DNA of 58,990 nt, filler included. It is 6 parts of 6 records of this genome, joined end to end, with 100 filler letters (N's around TTAATTAATTAA, not from the genome) between each part and the next. Parts side by side here need not be neighbours in the genome. Positions count along the whole stretch, not along the records: positions 43,515 to 58,990 come from SRR31156797_5521; 5 more parts are not named here. One strand, given 5' to 3'. This document shows positions 57,426 through 58,990 of this stretch, in pieces. Position numbers and translations under genes: made by a program. Below the pieces are notes generated by a model. The model made no database searches. It saw only the letters and a program-made list of their open reading frames with translations, and was not told where the DNA came from. Every line of letters begins with the position of its first letter. The first letter of the stretch is position 1.

Positions 57426-58838
57426 TTACTCATTCACCGGGATCAGTTTTATTATTCGTCCCGGGTTTTCAACCCCGACATAGATGTAGCCATCAGGGCT
57501 AACCTTCACTTCCCGGACACGGCCAATGCCTTCCAGCAGCCTTTCGTGGCCAACCACCTTGTTGTTTTCGATTATGCAGCGTTCGAGGTACTCAAAACGG
57601 AGCGATCCGATCAACAGGCTGTTTTCCCAGTCGCAATAACGATCACCGGTAACAAAAGCCATTCCGCAGGGAGCGATGGAAGGAACATAGTAGGTGAGGG
57701 GTTGTTCCATGCCGGCTTTGGCGGTGTCGTTTGTAAAGATGGTGCCATTGTAGTTGATGCCAAAAGAAATTTCCGGCCAGCCATAATTGAGGCCGGGTTT
57801 AACGATGTTAATTTCGTCACCACCCCGCGGGCCATGCTCGTGGGTCCAGATTTCGCCGGTTACCGGATGCATGGCAATGCCCTGGATATTCCGGTGCCCA
57901 TAGGAAAAAATGGATTTTTCAGCGCCCTTTGTATCGTAAAAAGGATTGTCGGGCGGGATGGTTCCATCATCCAGCAGGCGGTGCACCTTGCCATTTGAAT
58001 TGTCGAGTTTCTGGGGAAATACATCGCGCCTGCCCCGGTCGCCAATGGCAAAATAAAGATATCCGTCTTGGTCAAACTCCAGTCGCGACCCGAAATGGTA
58101 ATTTGTAGCAATCGCCGGGGTTCCTTTGTAAATGGTTTCGATATCAGTTAGCCGATCTTGTTTTAGCCGTACTCTGATAATTTGGGTATTTGAGGCGCTG
58201 CGGTCTTTTTCGTCGGCATAGCTGAACGAAATGTATATCCATCCGTTTTGGGCATAATCAGGATGAAGCTGCAAATCCATCAAGCCGCCCTGGCCGATTA
58301 CTTTGATATCCGGCAGCCCTTTGATTTCTATCAGCTCATTATCGGGGGTAAGCCTGGATAAAGTCCCGTTTCTTTCTGCAATCAGCACATCGCCATTGGG
58401 CAAAAACTCAATACCCCAAGGGATTTCGAGCTCGTCAGTTAATACTTCAGCTTTGTATTTAAAGTCGGCGCCATAAATCCCGTTTTTGGGCAGTTCCACA
58501 ATGTTTTTATCAATGTTCCGCTGTTTGCTTTCAGCCAGAAGATATTCACCCAAAGCCCTGATTTCGTCCTTTGTAAAAGTTGAATCGAAACCCGGCATGC
58601 CTTCCCTATCTATTCCTTCGGCAATGATCTGTTCAACTTTTGCAGGATTTTTTCCATAAATCCATTTCCTACCTACAAAATCGTTCAGGTTCACACCATG
58701 GCAACCGGCACAATGCATTTGATAATTTTCGGAAGCGCTTTTGGTTTGAGGTGGGCCAGCAGATATTCCTGCAACTATAAATACCAGTAATCCTATTATT
58801 GGGAAAGTGTAGAGCAATTTCCGGATAAGTTTGTTCAT
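57426..58838 (-). CDS. PQQ-dependent sugar dehydrogenase (GSDH/YliI type) with N-terminal cytochrome c
   Basis: CAGCH and distal MPGF; PWG, GQGGL, HFGSR, GDRG, YGHRN-QG, EHGPRGGDEIN, NYGWP. Confidence 0.92.
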   Translation of the reverse strand: MNKLIRKLLYTFPIIGLLVFIVAGISAGPPQTKSASENYQMHCAGCHGVNLNDFVGRKWIYGKNPAKVEQIIAEGIDREGMPGFDSTFTKDEIRALGEYLLAESKQRNIDKNIVELPKNGIYGADFKYKAEVLTDELEIPWGIEFLPNGDVLIAERNGTLSRLTPDNELIEIKGLPDIKVIGQGGLMDLQLHPDYAQNGWIYISFSYADEKDRSASNTQIIRVRLKQDRLTDIETIYKGTPAIATNYHFGSRLEFDQDGYLYFAIGDRGRRDVFPQKLDNSNGKVHRLLDDGTIPPDNPFYDTKGAEKSIFSYGHRNIQGIAMHPVTGEIWTHEHGPRGGDEINIVKPGLNYGWPEISFGINYNGTIFTNDTAKAGMEQPLTYYVPSIAPCGMAFVTGDRYCDWENSLLIGSLRFEYLERCIIENNKVVGHERLLEGIGRVREVKVSPDGYIYVGVENPGRIIKLIPVNE

Positions 58839-58990
58839 CAGATATGATTTTAGATTTGAATTGTAAAAATAGTAAATCATTTTTTCTGACCTACCTTATA
58901 CACAAATCGCTATTCACTAAAAACCAAAACACTGTTATTTGTTTATTATGATCTTTTATAGACGCTCCAATGTCCAAAAGGACGATTTGC

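Noticed and set aside
57216-57998. 260-aa plus-strand ORF
   Set aside because: Antisense to the TonB receptor and dehydrogenase genes; no motifs.

Overview
This window is not one genomic locus. It is six unrelated contigs joined by identical 100-bp artificial linkers (44 N + TTAATTAATTAA + 44 N) at 12560-12659, 23041-23140, 29681-29780, 36433-36532 and 43415-43514, so no linkage can be inferred across them. (1) 1-12559, GC-rich, Desulfobacterota-like: an acyl-CoA catabolic cluster with a CoA ligase, crotonase, two DUF35 proteins, two thiolase-fold proteins lacking the canonical Cys, TetR, acyl-CoA dehydrogenase, a Liv-type ABC importer and an Fe-S protein. (2) 12660-23040, AT-rich, Campylobacterota-like: a soluble phosphorelay, a 7TM-DISM kinase and response regulator followed by a FeeM-like N-acyl amino acid synthase, small accessory genes and a partial initiator tRNA. 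(3) 23141-29680, Vibrio-like: a five-gene operon ('thermostable hemolysin'/GNAT-like, adenylating enzyme, heme-oxygenase-like diiron oxidase, SDR, exported TPR protein) under a CTTAAG-N5-CTTAAG box, then a DEAD-box helicase and lpp. (4) 29781-36432, Clostridia-like: pgk, a YtrA-type GntR/ABC operon, GltS, an acyltransferase and UPF0280. (5) 36533-43414, Arcobacter-like: liv genes, a Cache-GGDEF protein and hypD-GATase-hypE-hypA. (6) 43515-58990, Bacteroidales-like: a sulfotransferase/glycosyltransferase cluster, O-antigen ligase, DHOD-like protein, ispH, recF, DUF721, an orphan MNT antitoxin, a TonB receptor and a cytochrome c-sugar dehydrogenase. The strongest candidates for uncharacterised systems are the Vibrio five-gene biosynthetic-looking operon, the sensor kinase-regulator-FeeM module, the Ltp3/Ltp4-like aldolase module and the GATase embedded in the hyp operon. 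All family and taxonomic assignments come from motif recognition by eye, not database searches.
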